From the IMG/VR virus record IMGVR_UViG_3300007511_000003, positions 1 through 64,000 of that record: a stretch of 64,000 bases of DNA, one strand, 5' to 3'. Each line of letters begins with the position of its first letter. Positions within the stretch are counted from its first letter, which is position 1. Origin of the DNA: a virus. This document shows, one piece after another, positions 1-9,989 of the stretch. Under the pieces are notes generated by a model. It was given only the letters and a program-made list of their open reading frames with translations, searched no databases and had not been told where the DNA came from. The position numbers and the translations under genes were made by a program.

Positions 1-150
1 CAACGTCCCCATACGGCTGCCCAGTTGTTGCAGGTTTTACAAGATATGGAAGCTCACAAGGCGGTGGTTACTGCAAACTACCATGCCAAAGTTTCCGCTC
101 TCGAGGCTGCAGCTGACGTCGCCTCTATCACAGCCGTTTCTTGGGCTTGA
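1..150 (+). CDS. 3' end of a DUF4376-like / tail-fibre assembly protein (partial)
   Basis: Frame 1 is open from the window edge: QRPHTAAQLLQVLQD...AAADVASITAVSWA*. The HTAAQL...I.AV.W ending is typical of fibre-associated chaperone-like proteins. Confidence 0.5.
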   Translation, partial: QRPHTAAQLLQVLQDMEAHKAVVTANYHAKVSALEAAADVASITAVSWA

Positions 151-162
151 GGTTAATGGCTC

Positions 163-513
163 GTGGCAGCAGGGAAACTTGATTTTCTGATCGAACAGGG
201 CGCGACATTTTACCACCGTTTACGCTGGCTTGGGGAGGATGACCTCCCCATCCAGCTGGACGGATACATGGGTAGAATGCAGATTCGTGAAGCCATTGAC
301 GCTGAAGAAGTACTCCACGAATTAACATCTTGTAACGGTCAGATCAGCATTAATGGCCCTACTGGGGAAATTGTGCTTGCGATCCCTGCCTCAGACACCG
401 AAGCCTTTGCTTGGGTATCCGGTGTTTACGATCTTGAGATTGTGTCTGCTGATGGATATGTCACACGTTTAATCGCAGGGGACGTATCAGTGTCTCCAGA
501 GGTGACGCGATGA
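163..513 (+). CDS. virion structural / baseplate-associated beta-sandwich protein
   Basis: IEQGATF...RMQIR...GVYDLEI...RLIAGDV.VSPEVTR pattern common in phage structural proteins; GAGG upstream. Confidence 0.55.
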   Translation: MAAGKLDFLIEQGATFYHRLRWLGEDDLPIQLDGYMGRMQIREAIDAEEVLHELTSCNGQISINGPTGEIVLAIPASDTEAFAWVSGVYDLEIVSADGYVTRLIAGDVSVSPEVTR

Positions 514-537
514 CTATCATGTGTACGGGGTTTAATC

Positions 538-1014
538 ATGTCAATCATCGTATCGGAGAGGGACTGCCAAACGGTAGTTGAATCCACAGGAGCCTCCGAT
601 ACGAAGGTCGTAACCCACGATCCAGTTACACATGTTGTCCAAACAGGAGAACGGGGACCAAGGGGTTTACAAGGACCAAGGGGTTTACAAGGACCTCCCG
701 GTATCGGGGCCTTGGCTTCCACATCGACTGAGGTGGCGGTCGGGGAACAAAAAAACGTGTTTATGATTCCTTCGGCTGAGATTGGGTTTTCGCACAAATG
801 GATAGTTGACATTGAGGGGGAGGACGGCAGCAGTTTCGCCTTGGAAATACTTGCCAAACCACAGGCGGCAGAAGTTGTTTTCTGTTGGGAGTATATAGGT
901 GATGACCTCCAGTTTAATGTTGACGTTGCATATGATGCGTCAGGTCTGGTGATGCGTTATGAGAACCTACACTCAGCGGATGTACTGGCTGAAGTGGTTA
1001 TGCTGAAGGGGTAA
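538..1014 (+). CDS. collagen-like repeat protein
   Basis: GERGPRGLQGPRGLQGPPG; 18-bp tandem duplication ggaccaaggggtttacaa at about 655-690. Confidence 0.55.
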   Translation: MSIIVSERDCQTVVESTGASDTKVVTHDPVTHVVQTGERGPRGLQGPRGLQGPPGIGALASTSTEVAVGEQKNVFMIPSAEIGFSHKWIVDIEGEDGSSFALEILAKPQAAEVVFCWEYIGDDLQFNVDVAYDASGLVMRYENLHSADVLAEVVMLKG

Positions 1015-1018
1015 AAAC

Positions 1019-1243
1019 ATGGCAGAAATATCGGTCGATAAACTGGGCCTTGCGGCTTACATGAAGATGAAAGGTTGTCAGGTCGTGAGGGTCCAACCGC
1101 GGGCCATTATTTTCGACATTGATGACCAAAAGGACATGCAGGCCTGGACATTAGAGTACAGCCAAAGCTGCTGCCGGTTACATGACTTCAACTTATGTGA
1201 CCTGCGTAACATGCAGAGGCAGGCCTCTCAATCCGAAGGCTAA
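1019..1243 (+). CDS. hypothetical protein (DUF5659-like)
   Basis: D.LGLAAYM..KG motif; packed directly after the previous gene. Confidence 0.4.
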   Translation: MAEISVDKLGLAAYMKMKGCQVVRVQPRAIIFDIDDQKDMQAWTLEYSQSCCRLHDFNLCDLRNMQRQASQSEG

Positions 1244-1432
1244 GTCTCCCTACTAACGAAAACCGCCTGCGGCTGAGTATGGAGTGGGTCGCGGTTACAA
1301 GTGTCAGGTCATGTGGGAATTCTCCCATCTGCTTGATCTTGGTTCCTGAGTATGAGATTGTGGATGTGTATGTGCGTGTGGCTGATATACCAAGTAAATC
1401 AGATACTCACTTCCAAATAGGAGAGTTTTCTC

Positions 1433-4400
1433 ATGTCTGTTGAATACAAAAAGATGCATGGCTTGGAGATGGCGGATGCTTCGCACATCAAGAATGCCGT
1501 GGTCGAAAGTTTTGCGTCAAACCCTACCCCAACCGTAGCCGGTCGGTGGTGGTTCAATACAACCCTCAAGGAGTTTATGTTCAGTGGCCTTGACGGCGGC
1601 GGAGGTGTTATCACTGAGCAGGTACATTCCAAGGCCGACTTTGACACTTGGGTTGCCCTGCTTGCTGCCACCGCAACTGGTGGCCCCCTGGTGGGTTACA
1701 GTGGACAGGTTGGTTCCAACGGTCAGTTCAGTACGTCTGCCGCCCAACTGGATTCCACCTTGGACACCATCACCTTGGCAATCGACGCCGACCGTCAAGA
1801 AGAGGTTGATTGGCGCGCGATCTTGGCGGCCACCACGGCCACCAATGGTACCAACAAAGTCGGTTATCAGGGTCATGCCGGTTCCAACGGTAACCTGACC
1901 GTTTCGACCGTCAGTCTGAAGTCCAGTTTGGACCAAATCATCGACGCCATCGATCAAACCCAACAGGATATTATCGACAATGCTTCCAGCGGTGGTCAAG
2001 GTCTGTCCGACCTGCAAGCTGAGTTGGATGTGACCCAGAATGCTTTGGGTACGATGATCAACGTTGACGGTACCTTCAATACCACGGCCCTCGATGGCGG
2101 CAACTACATGGATGCCTCCACCGACGTGGCTTCTGCCGCGTTGGCACTCGACACCCAGATCAAAGTTAACGCTGACGGTCTGGCCCAGGAAATCATCGAC
2201 CGTGGTGCTGCCGACGATAACATCCAAGCAGAACTGGATGCCACCCAGGCTTCCATGGGTGCCATGATGGACGCCAATGGGGATTATGTTGCCCATGTTG
2301 GTTCCAATTATCTCGGTTCCAACTCTGACGTTGCCGAAGACCTGACGGATTTGGACAGCCAGCTCAAGACCGTTACCGACGGCCTGGCTCAAGAGTTGAT
2401 TGACCGGGCTGCCCAAGACGCTCTGTTGCTGCCTCTCGCCGGTGGTACCATGTCCGGTGGTATTGCAATGGGTTCTCAGACCATCAGTAACATGGCAAAC
2501 CCCAGTGATGCCCAAGACGCCGCCACCAAGATTTACGTGGACAACTTGGTGACTGGTATTACCGCCAAGTACAGCGTGCGTTATGCGGTATCCAGTAACG
2601 TTGCTGATCTGGGTGCTTTCACCGTGGAGCAAGACGGTGTGACTGGTGTGGCTGATGATCGTGTTCTGCTGTTCGGTCAGACGGACCCGATCGAGAATGG
2701 CCTTTACATCGTCGGTACCGTTACCACAGGTTCTGCTGCGTTGACGCGTGCGGATGATTTTGACGGTACCCCCGATAATGAAGTACCACCCGGCGCCCAT
2801 GTCTTTGTTTCCGAAGGTACGCTCAACGGAAACAACGGTTACAGTGTGACCTCCAGTGGTTCCTTGGCTCAACAAAACCATGACGTTGGAACCGATGACA
2901 TTACCTTCACCCAGTCTTCGGGTGCCGGTCAGATCATCGCGGGTAACGGCCTCAGCAAGAACGGTAACGAACTGTACATCAACTTTGGTGCCGGTATTGA
3001 AATGCGGCCCAATGATGAAGTCGGTGTTGATGTTCGTGCCACTGGTGGTGTTTTCTGTACAGTTGACGGCACAGCTCAATCCGACGATGCCGGCGCTGAA
3101 CTGGCGATCAAGATTGACACCACAGACGCTACCCACGGCGCCACCCTCTCCACCTCCGCCAGCGGTGCCCGGGTTGCTCAGGCTGTTATCGACCTGATCA
3201 ACACCAACGAAAGCGGACTCGCTCAAGAGATTACGGATCGAGGTAACGCTGACACAGCCATCCAAGCCGAACTGGATGATACTCAAGCGGCCATGGGTGC
3301 CATGATGGACGCCAATGGAGATTATGTCGCTCACATTGGTTCCAATTATCTTGGTGGTAACAGTAACGTGGCTGAGGACCTCACGGACCTCGATACCCAG
3401 GTCAAGACCAACACGGATGGCTTGGCTCAGGAAGTCACCGACCGTGGCGACGCTGACACGGCCCTTCAGGCTGAGTTGGACGCCACCCAAGCTGCTATGG
3501 GCGCCATGATGAATGCCAGTGGCAACTACGTGGCACACACCGGCAAGAACTACATCAACGGTAACGCTGATGTAGCGTCTGACCTCATCGACTTGGATGC
3601 TGCGATCGGCGCCAACGTTTCCGATGGTAACTACATCCTGGCCGCCAACACTGTACAGGCCAATATCGCGGCTCTGGACGCGGAATTGGGTTCGGATGCG
3701 GATGGAAACTACACCGCAGCCTCCAACACCCGGGCGGCCAATCTGGCGGCTTTGGATACTGCAATCGGTGCCAATCTTGCCAACGGCAACTATGTTTTGG
3801 CTTCGAACAAAGTCCAGGCCAACATCACGGCTCTTGATACCGCAATCGGTGCCAACGTCGGTGACGGCGACTACATCCTGGCCGCCAACAAAGTCCAGCA
3901 GAACATCACCGCGTTGGATGTGGCTCTTGCAGCTCTGGCCAGTCAACAGGCTGGTGACAACAGTGCTTTGCAGACGGAAGTTGACAACATCGAGACCGCT
4001 GGCGGTGCGATGATCAACACTGACGGTACCTTCAACAACACAGCGTTGAATGGTTCCAACTGGATGGGTTCTGCCACGACTGTTCAAGGGGCTTTGGAAG
4101 CTCTGGACACTGAGGTCGGTGCCAATCTTTCTGACGGTTCTTACGTCTTGGCCGCCAACACTGTCAATGCAAACTTGACAGCACTGGATACCGGTCTCGA
4201 CACCGAGGTTACCAACCGTACCAATGCTGACACGGCTATTCGCGCGGACGTGAACGCTCAGAAGTACACCTATGAGGCGACTTCGGCGGCGACTTCCTAC
4301 AGCTTGGCCCACAACTTGAACACCAGTTTCCCACAGATCACCGTGTTGGTGCAGGACGAAGACCTCCTGTATTACAACCACGGTGTGCTGGTTCGTATTG

Positions 4401-4486
4401 ATAACGCCGACAACATCACCATCACATTGACCGAATCACGTAAGGTCAAGGTAATGGTCCAGAAGATGGAAAACATCCCGTCGTAA
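1433..4486 (+). CDS. large repetitive fibre/structural protein (1017 aa)
   Basis: GGAG RBS; repeats QAELDATQ.AMGAMMDANGDYVAH and shorter AANTVQANI.ALD..IGAN repeats; DAATK.YVD and ENGLY.V fibre motifs; C-terminal HNLN domain. Confidence 0.75.
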   Translation: MSVEYKKMHGLEMADASHIKNAVVESFASNPTPTVAGRWWFNTTLKEFMFSGLDGGGGVITEQVHSKADFDTWVALLAATATGGPLVGYSGQVGSNGQFSTSAAQLDSTLDTITLAIDADRQEEVDWRAILAATTATNGTNKVGYQGHAGSNGNLTVSTVSLKSSLDQIIDAIDQTQQDIIDNASSGGQGLSDLQAELDVTQNALGTMINVDGTFNTTALDGGNYMDASTDVASAALALDTQIKVNADGLAQEIIDRGAADDNIQAELDATQASMGAMMDANGDYVAHVGSNYLGSNSDVAEDLTDLDSQLKTVTDGLAQELIDRAAQDALLLPLAGGTMSGGIAMGSQTISNMANPSDAQDAATKIYVDNLVTGITAKYSVRYAVSSNVADLGAFTVEQDGVTGVADDRVLLFGQTDPIENGLYIVGTVTTGSAALTRADDFDGTPDNEVPPGAHVFVSEGTLNGNNGYSVTSSGSLAQQNHDVGTDDITFTQSSGAGQIIAGNGLSKNGNELYINFGAGIEMRPNDEVGVDVRATGGVFCTVDGTAQSDDAGAELAIKIDTTDATHGATLSTSASGARVAQAVIDLINTNESGLAQEITDRGNADTAIQAELDDTQAAMGAMMDANGDYVAHIGSNYLGGNSNVAEDLTDLDTQVKTNTDGLAQEVTDRGDADTALQAELDATQAAMGAMMNASGNYVAHTGKNYINGNADVASDLIDLDAAIGANVSDGNYILAANTVQANIAALDAELGSDADGNYTAASNTRAANLAALDTAIGANLANGNYVLASNKVQANITALDTAIGANVGDGDYILAANKVQQNITALDVALAALASQQAGDNSALQTEVDNIETAGGAMINTDGTFNNTALNGSNWMGSATTVQGALEALDTEVGANLSDGSYVLAANTVNANLTALDTGLDTEVTNRTNADTAIRADVNAQKYTYEATSAATSYSLAHNLNTSFPQITVLVQDEDLLYYNHGVLVRIDNADNITITLTESRKVKVMVQKMENIPS

Positions 4487-4503
4487 GCTGATTGTTTCAC
4501 AAC

Positions 4504-4527
4504 GGGGGCCATCGTAAGGTGGCCCCC
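4504..4527 (+). terminator. GC-rich hairpin after the fibre gene (terminator or stabilising stem)
   Basis: gggggccatc-gtaa-ggtggccccc; no U-tract follows. Confidence 0.45.
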
Positions 4528-4546
4528 ACCCAAATAGGATCGCTGA

Positions 4547-4750
4547 ATGTTACAAACGCTTGAAAACGTCAACCTAGACCACGTAACCTCCATTGAGGAC
4601 ACGATAGGCCTAGTTATATCCTGTTTCGACGAGATGGAGCGGGAAGCAGCAAAGGGCCTTTTTATGTCCAGGCGCAGACGTTTGCAAGAAGCCATCCAAG
4701 AAGTAGACAAGGTGTATGCTCGGATGGATGCCCTTGTTATAGGGATTTGA
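4547..4750 (+). CDS. hypothetical protein
   Basis: ORF with AGGA upstream, helical composition. Confidence 0.5.
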   Translation: MLQTLENVNLDHVTSIEDTIGLVISCFDEMEREAAKGLFMSRRRRLQEAIQEVDKVYARMDALVIGI

Positions 4751-4971
4751 GTATGGAGACGCCTGAAAAACAGGTTGGTGTGTGGCTGGGAATGTGTAGA
4801 CGTAACCTTAGGAACTTTCAGGTAGAACATCCTGAAATGTCACCTGGGGACAAGCTCCAGTTTATCCAAGAACAACGTCGCCTGCTTAAATCCCTTGAGG
4901 ATGTCTTGAACAGGAAAGCGTTCGTAACAGGAGTAGATCCTAGTAAATTTGACCATTCAGCCCAACGATAG
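4747..4971 (+). CDS. hypothetical protein
   Basis: ORF coupled to the previous gene; the start may be the ATG at 4753. Confidence 0.45.
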   Translation: MSMETPEKQVGVWLGMCRRNLRNFQVEHPEMSPGDKLQFIQEQRRLLKSLEDVLNRKAFVTGVDPSKFDHSAQR

Positions 4972-5033
4972 GGAGCGCATGACATGAGAATCACAGCACC
5001 GTCAGCACCCCCGGTTTATAATGGAGGTGCCGC

Positions 5034-7928
5034 ATGAGTACCACGCAACGTATGCTTGCCCACCAAGCGATTCCGAAATCAACCCGGATCACTTGGGAAA
5101 GCGATACCGTCTTTCCAACTAGCCCAGGCATTGGGCAGATGGCGTTCGTCAATCAGATCCTTTATCTTTACACGTCCATTGGTGGCGTGGAGATGTGGTT
5201 TCCCCTGACCAATGCCAAAGACAGCTATGTTCATACACAGGCTGTTTCTGCCACAACCTGGACCATCACACATAACCTGGACAGCACCGACTTCGGTTAC
5301 CACGTTTATGACTCCAATGGGAATGTCATGGACGTGCCGATCGACAACGCCAGCATTACCTCTAACAGCTTCGCCATTGAGCTGACGGAGTCTATGGCTG
5401 GTAAAGTGGTGGTGTTCGTCAACACGGAACTGCTGGCGCCAAGCATGAAAGCCAGCGTTGCTTACTTCGACACGTTACAGTCGAATACCGGCGACACAAT
5501 CAACTTTTCTGCTCATCTGGTACCAACCGATGACATTACCTGGGATATCGGTACATCCGGTAACCGGGTGCGTGACATCTACGTTGGTCCTGGTTCGGTC
5601 CACATCGGTGACGAGGTAATACTGAACGCCACTGGTTTGATCGTGAGTCCTCCCGCCGCACCAACGGACTTGAGCGAAACGCCGTTATCCCAGGCCTCTC
5701 AGTATACCGCCATTCCCTTTACCTATGATCCAGGCGGAGGTGACGTTACCATTAATCCGACCTATCAGTTGAAGACTGTCGGTGGGGTGGTGTACGAAAT
5801 GGTGTTGGACCTTGCGACCAACAAGATTCGCTTTGACGCGGACGGTGTTGCAGCTGACGCCACTGTGGTTGTCAAAGGGATGGAAATTGGGTCAGGTGGT
5901 TTGACTCTTACCTCTGGTAACGTCGGCGCTGTTGATGGTAACTTCAGCGGTAATGTCGTTGTAACCGGAAACTTCACTGTCAACGGTACCACCACAACTG
6001 TCAACACCACTGAGTTGGATATCAGTGATAACATCTACCGTCTCAACGCTGACCATGTGGGCATTCCTTCACAGAATGCTGGTTTTGAAGTCGAACGTGG
6101 TGATGAACTTGATGCAGCCATGCTTTGGGTTGAGGCGGCAGGTAACTTCCAATGCGGTATCAGTGGAAGTTTGCAGCCCATCGTGTTGGACAACGACAGC
6201 CGGTTGATTGATAGCCGGGTCTGCAATAACACCTTCGACAACATCGGCACTGCAAGGACCAACCTCGAGGTTTATTCAACGGCTGAGCTTGATACCTCTC
6301 TTGGCCTAAAGGCCGACCAGACCTCTCTGGATACCCATACAGGGGATTCTGACATTCACTTCCCTGTGAACGATAGCTTGTCTACGAACGCTGTGATCTG
6401 GACAGCGGCCAAAATCGTGGATATGCTGAGTGGTTATTCCAGTGGCGCGCACACCCATGCCGTTGAAGACAACACCAACGTGACGATCACCAACGTTGGA
6501 AACCTGGAAGTGATGGCCTACAATCTGTCGGGTGGCCAGTGGAACAACATGACTCCGGCAGAAGCCGGGCTTGCCACTGCCTCTGACTTGTCATCTCATG
6601 AAGGGGACGCTGCCAATCCACACAGCGTTACCAAGGCTCAGGTAGGTCTTGGAAGCGTGGCAGATGCTCTTCAACTGGTGGCTGCCAATAATCTGAGTGA
6701 CGTGACCAACATCACGAATGCTCGGAGTAACATCGGGGCCGCCTCAACTTCCGACCTTACCACGCATACCACCAACGCGGCGCTCCACTTCGTCATCGAT
6801 GATGGGAATTCGGCGGCCAATGAAGCTTGGTCAAGCAGCAAGCTGACCACGGAATTCGGGCTCAAGTTGGATGCCTCTGAAAAGGGCGCAGACAACGGGG
6901 TGTGTGAACTGGTTGGGGGACTCGTCCCCAATAGCCGACTCGATGCTAGTGTCTTGGGTCAGGTCGAATACCAAAGCGGGTGGAACGCCAACACCAACAC
7001 GCCGACGATCCCTGCCGCTGCCTCAGGTAACAAAGGTCATTACTATGTTGTAACCACAGGAGGTTCCACTGACGTTGATGGTGTGACTGACTGGGTTGCC
7101 GGTGACATGCTGATCTCCAACGGCACTACCTGGGACAAGATGGATAACACGGCCAACGTGACTTCGGTTGCGGGTAAGACCGGTCCTGTTACTTTGGTTG
7201 CTTCTGACGTTGGTCTCGGTAACGTTGTCAACGCCCTGCAGTTGCAAGCTGCCAATAACCTGAGTGACCTGGTGAACGATGCCACCGCTCGGACCAACTT
7301 GTCGGTCTATAGTCAGGCAGAAGTGGATTCTCACACGGGTAACTCCGCCGTCCACTTTATCCTCAATGACACCGGAACTGCCAACAACGAAGGTTGGTCG
7401 GCCCAGAAGATCAACAGTGAAGTCGGTGCCAAAGCCGATGCCGCGGACCTGACTTCACATACTTCTGACTCTGGCAACCCTCACGGGGTAACCAAAGCTC
7501 AAGTGAGTTTGGGGTCGGTCACGGACGATGCCCAGCTGGCGATTGCCAATAACCTGAGTGACCTGAACGATGCTCCTACCGCCCGTACCAATATGGGTCT
7601 GGACACCGTTGGGTTGACGGAAAGTAACGACACCACAATGTCCAGTGGTGGTCAGATCACAGCCAACAAAGCCATTATGCAGGTACATTCTGCAGGTGGT
7701 GAGGTTACGTTGAGCGGTACTGCCCAGATCGTGGCTGGTGTTGGAGGTCAGGAGGTGAAAGTCCTCGGAACCAATGACACCAACTATGTGAAGCTTACCA
7801 ACGGGGCTGGCTTGATCTTACAAGGTAACATCCTCCTGAAGTATGGTGTGATGATCACCTTGATGTATGTTGCCAATCTCAGTGCCTGGGTGGAGGTCAG
7901 TCGGAACCAACCGATTGTTGCAGGATAA
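5034..7928 (+). CDS. large tail-fibre/structural protein (964 aa)
   Basis: GGAGG RBS; YVHTQ...WTITHNL domain, GNFTVNGTTTTVNTT, NPHSVTKAQVGLG, repeated NNLSD...ARTN, WNA.TNTP and VTSVAGKTG fibre motifs. Confidence 0.8.
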   Translation: MSTTQRMLAHQAIPKSTRITWESDTVFPTSPGIGQMAFVNQILYLYTSIGGVEMWFPLTNAKDSYVHTQAVSATTWTITHNLDSTDFGYHVYDSNGNVMDVPIDNASITSNSFAIELTESMAGKVVVFVNTELLAPSMKASVAYFDTLQSNTGDTINFSAHLVPTDDITWDIGTSGNRVRDIYVGPGSVHIGDEVILNATGLIVSPPAAPTDLSETPLSQASQYTAIPFTYDPGGGDVTINPTYQLKTVGGVVYEMVLDLATNKIRFDADGVAADATVVVKGMEIGSGGLTLTSGNVGAVDGNFSGNVVVTGNFTVNGTTTTVNTTELDISDNIYRLNADHVGIPSQNAGFEVERGDELDAAMLWVEAAGNFQCGISGSLQPIVLDNDSRLIDSRVCNNTFDNIGTARTNLEVYSTAELDTSLGLKADQTSLDTHTGDSDIHFPVNDSLSTNAVIWTAAKIVDMLSGYSSGAHTHAVEDNTNVTITNVGNLEVMAYNLSGGQWNNMTPAEAGLATASDLSSHEGDAANPHSVTKAQVGLGSVADALQLVAANNLSDVTNITNARSNIGAASTSDLTTHTTNAALHFVIDDGNSAANEAWSSSKLTTEFGLKLDASEKGADNGVCELVGGLVPNSRLDASVLGQVEYQSGWNANTNTPTIPAAASGNKGHYYVVTTGGSTDVDGVTDWVAGDMLISNGTTWDKMDNTANVTSVAGKTGPVTLVASDVGLGNVVNALQLQAANNLSDLVNDATARTNLSVYSQAEVDSHTGNSAVHFILNDTGTANNEGWSAQKINSEVGAKADAADLTSHTSDSGNPHGVTKAQVSLGSVTDDAQLAIANNLSDLNDAPTARTNMGLDTVGLTESNDTTMSSGGQITANKAIMQVHSAGGEVTLSGTAQIVAGVGGQEVKVLGTNDTNYVKLTNGAGLILQGNILLKYGVMITLMYVANLSAWVEVSRNQPIVAG

Positions 7929-7960
7929 CCCACCTTTCCACATGTCGTATGTTCGACCAC

Positions 7961-7993
7961 ACAAGGGGCGAGTTACCCCGCCCCTTGTTTTTT
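7961..7993 (+). terminator. rho-independent terminator
   Basis: acaaggggcg-(8 nt)-cgccccttgt followed by a T run. Confidence 0.75.
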
Positions 7994-8046
7994 CACTAAT
8001 TTTATTTAAGTGGTGGATAACACAATGACTATGAGGTGGAACATTC

Positions 8047-8418
8047 ATGGATTTTTCAGTAATCGAACAGTTTCAGGGCCTTGGGTGGGTTCTGGTACTG
8101 GCCATTCTTGGAGGAGTTAATAGCTTCCTTAGAAGGTACTTGGATAAGGGGTATTCGAGTTCCTTATCCAAGGTCGGCTTCTTCTTTGCGTTCTTACATA
8201 GCATTCTGTCTTCTGCCTTGGCCGGTATGGTTGGTTTCTGGGGTTGTAAAGAATTTGAACTATCCCCACATTGGACTGCCATTGTTGTAGCTATGTCGGG
8301 ACACATGGGTGCTCGTTGGTTATCTCTGGCAGAACGCCTGCTTACATCAAAGGTTACAAGTGCTGTTGGCGTAGACCCCAAGGAATGTCCTGTCCCTGAA
8401 GAAGGAAAGCCTAAATGA
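8047..8418 (+). CDS. holin-like membrane protein (LydA-type)
   Basis: Three hydrophobic segments, LAILGG...SALAG...SGHMG.R pattern; sits in the lysis region. Confidence 0.65.
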   Translation: MDFSVIEQFQGLGWVLVLAILGGVNSFLRRYLDKGYSSSLSKVGFFFAFLHSILSSALAGMVGFWGCKEFELSPHWTAIVVAMSGHMGARWLSLAERLLTSKVTSAVGVDPKECPVPEEGKPK

Positions 8419-9090
8419 GAAAGCAAACCGCTTTATGGACCCTTCCACCTGGCTGGCCCGGGGGTGAGAACGCAGGACAAGTTATTCCAAGGGGTGGGGA
8501 TCCAGACCCAAACGCTGAACCAGGAGTCGTTCTTCCGATTCAGCATTACACTGCTCTATTGAGTTCTGACGGAACCGACAGCGGTAGCCAGAACATGGCT
8601 GTCAATGGTTCCTCTATACCTTCTTTATTTTATCTCGAAGCCAACTCTGACTTCACGATCTCCATCATGCACATAGGCATCGTTATTGTGGACGATGACG
8701 TTCGACACAACCGGTTTGGGTCTATCCCTGCCGGTTCAATCGTGAATGGGTGGGATTTCTTTGTCCAAAAAGGTGGTCAAGAGGGGCCTATTGTAAGTGG
8801 GGCCAAAACCAGTGGGGAAATCATTGTACAAACAGGTGCTAATGATCCCTATGGTGACGGAGGTACTGCCTTTGAGTTGATAGGTTACCAGAACCAAAAG
8901 AACGCGCATACCATCCCTATAGGGTAGGGTCCATAATGCCTGGGGTATCCGATTGGTTAAGGGGAGTAGTGATCGTATCGTATCACGTGTTAGTGATGAT
9001 CTTTCCAACCTTGAAAGCTTTTTTATAACAGTCCATGGTTTCAAAATTTTCGGTTCGAGTACCCTAGGTACAGGGTTTGGTGGAGGCTAG
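8415..9090 (+). CDS. phage structural-type protein, apparently frameshifted near 8925-8950
   Basis: ORF 8415-8927 (NMAVNGS..P..F) stops at TAG; another frame continues GIRLVKGSSDRIVSRVSDDLSNLESFFITVHGF to TAG 9090. Confidence 0.45.
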
Positions 9091-9110
9091 ACCTCCGAGT
9101 TATGTGAGGA

Positions 9111-9380
9111 GTGCACGAGATGAATAGTGGTATGGTTGTGACCAACGAGTGGGGACACCGTAAAAGCTTATTTCAAGAGCGCACGTTTGCAACGTGTTGT
9201 GACCTGATGGTGTCAGGTATTTTTGGGTTGCTTATTTACCTGGGAGGCACGGCCTTGAAATTGCCGGTGAACACCATAGTGTTCTTGGTGGCAATCGGAT
9301 CACACTTGGGCACTCGATCATTATTTCTTTACTTTCAGGGGAAGGGCACCAGTCCATGGTGGCTTTCCTGGCTGGGTTAG
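9111..9380 (+). CDS. second LydA-like holin paralogue
   Basis: VSGIFGLL...VAIGSHLGTR resembles SALAGMV...VAMSGHMGAR of 8047-8418. Confidence 0.5.
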   Translation: MHEMNSGMVVTNEWGHRKSLFQERTFATCCDLMVSGIFGLLIYLGGTALKLPVNTIVFLVAIGSHLGTRSLFLYFQGKGTSPWWLSWLG

Positions 9381-9389
9381 AGGATTACT

Positions 9390-9980
9390 ATGGCTCTTCC
9401 TGCTCTCTTGGGATTCATCCCCAGTATTATCAAGTCAGGTGTAGATGGTTTCTTCCGGTTTAAAGAGGGGGAACAAAAGAAGGAGGTCACCCGACAAGAG
9501 TTTGAGCTGGCCAAAGAACAGCTGGCAGCAGACATTGAGTTTCGGTTTCTGGAGGAGATGCGGAAACCAGACAGTGACTTCCGCAAGTTTGTCCTGGACT
9601 ATGAAGGAAAAGCAGAGGACATGCATCCTGTGGTCCAGTTTATCCGCGCCTCTGTACGTCCTGCCGTTACCTACTGGGCCCTTGTTATCATCACCTGTGT
9701 CATGTTTGGTTGGGTTGACGGACCCACATTAAAAGCCAACATGGAAGCCATCCCACCCAAGCTATGGTCGATCTTTGAGATCGTGTTTGGTTTCTGGTTT
9801 GGTGGTCGTGCGTTGATGCAAGGCATCCAGACGTACAAGGATGGTCAAGCCAAAGTCGCACGAGAAGAAATGCGTACCCGTGTGGAAGAAGCCCAAGCCA
9901 AGGTCCAGATTGCTCAAGCTCAGCGCCAGCAAAAAGAGGCTGAGGGAGAGGATGACGACAAGAGCTGGTTCAACTGGTAG
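9390..9980 (+). CDS. holin of the 3TM / GTA-holin type
   Basis: RASVRPAVTY, TM segments and FGFWFGGR motif; upstream of a peptidase. Confidence 0.65.
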   Translation: MALPALLGFIPSIIKSGVDGFFRFKEGEQKKEVTRQEFELAKEQLAADIEFRFLEEMRKPDSDFRKFVLDYEGKAEDMHPVVQFIRASVRPAVTYWALVIITCVMFGWVDGPTLKANMEAIPPKLWSIFEIVFGFWFGGRALMQGIQTYKDGQAKVAREEMRTRVEEAQAKVQIAQAQRQQKEAEGEDDDKSWFNW

Positions 9981-9989
9981 GAGCCGACA

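Noticed and set aside
1517-4381. 954-aa antisense ORF
   Set aside because: It mirrors the fibre gene codon for codon and has no recognisable motifs; strong codon bias on the + strand explains the lack of minus-strand stops.
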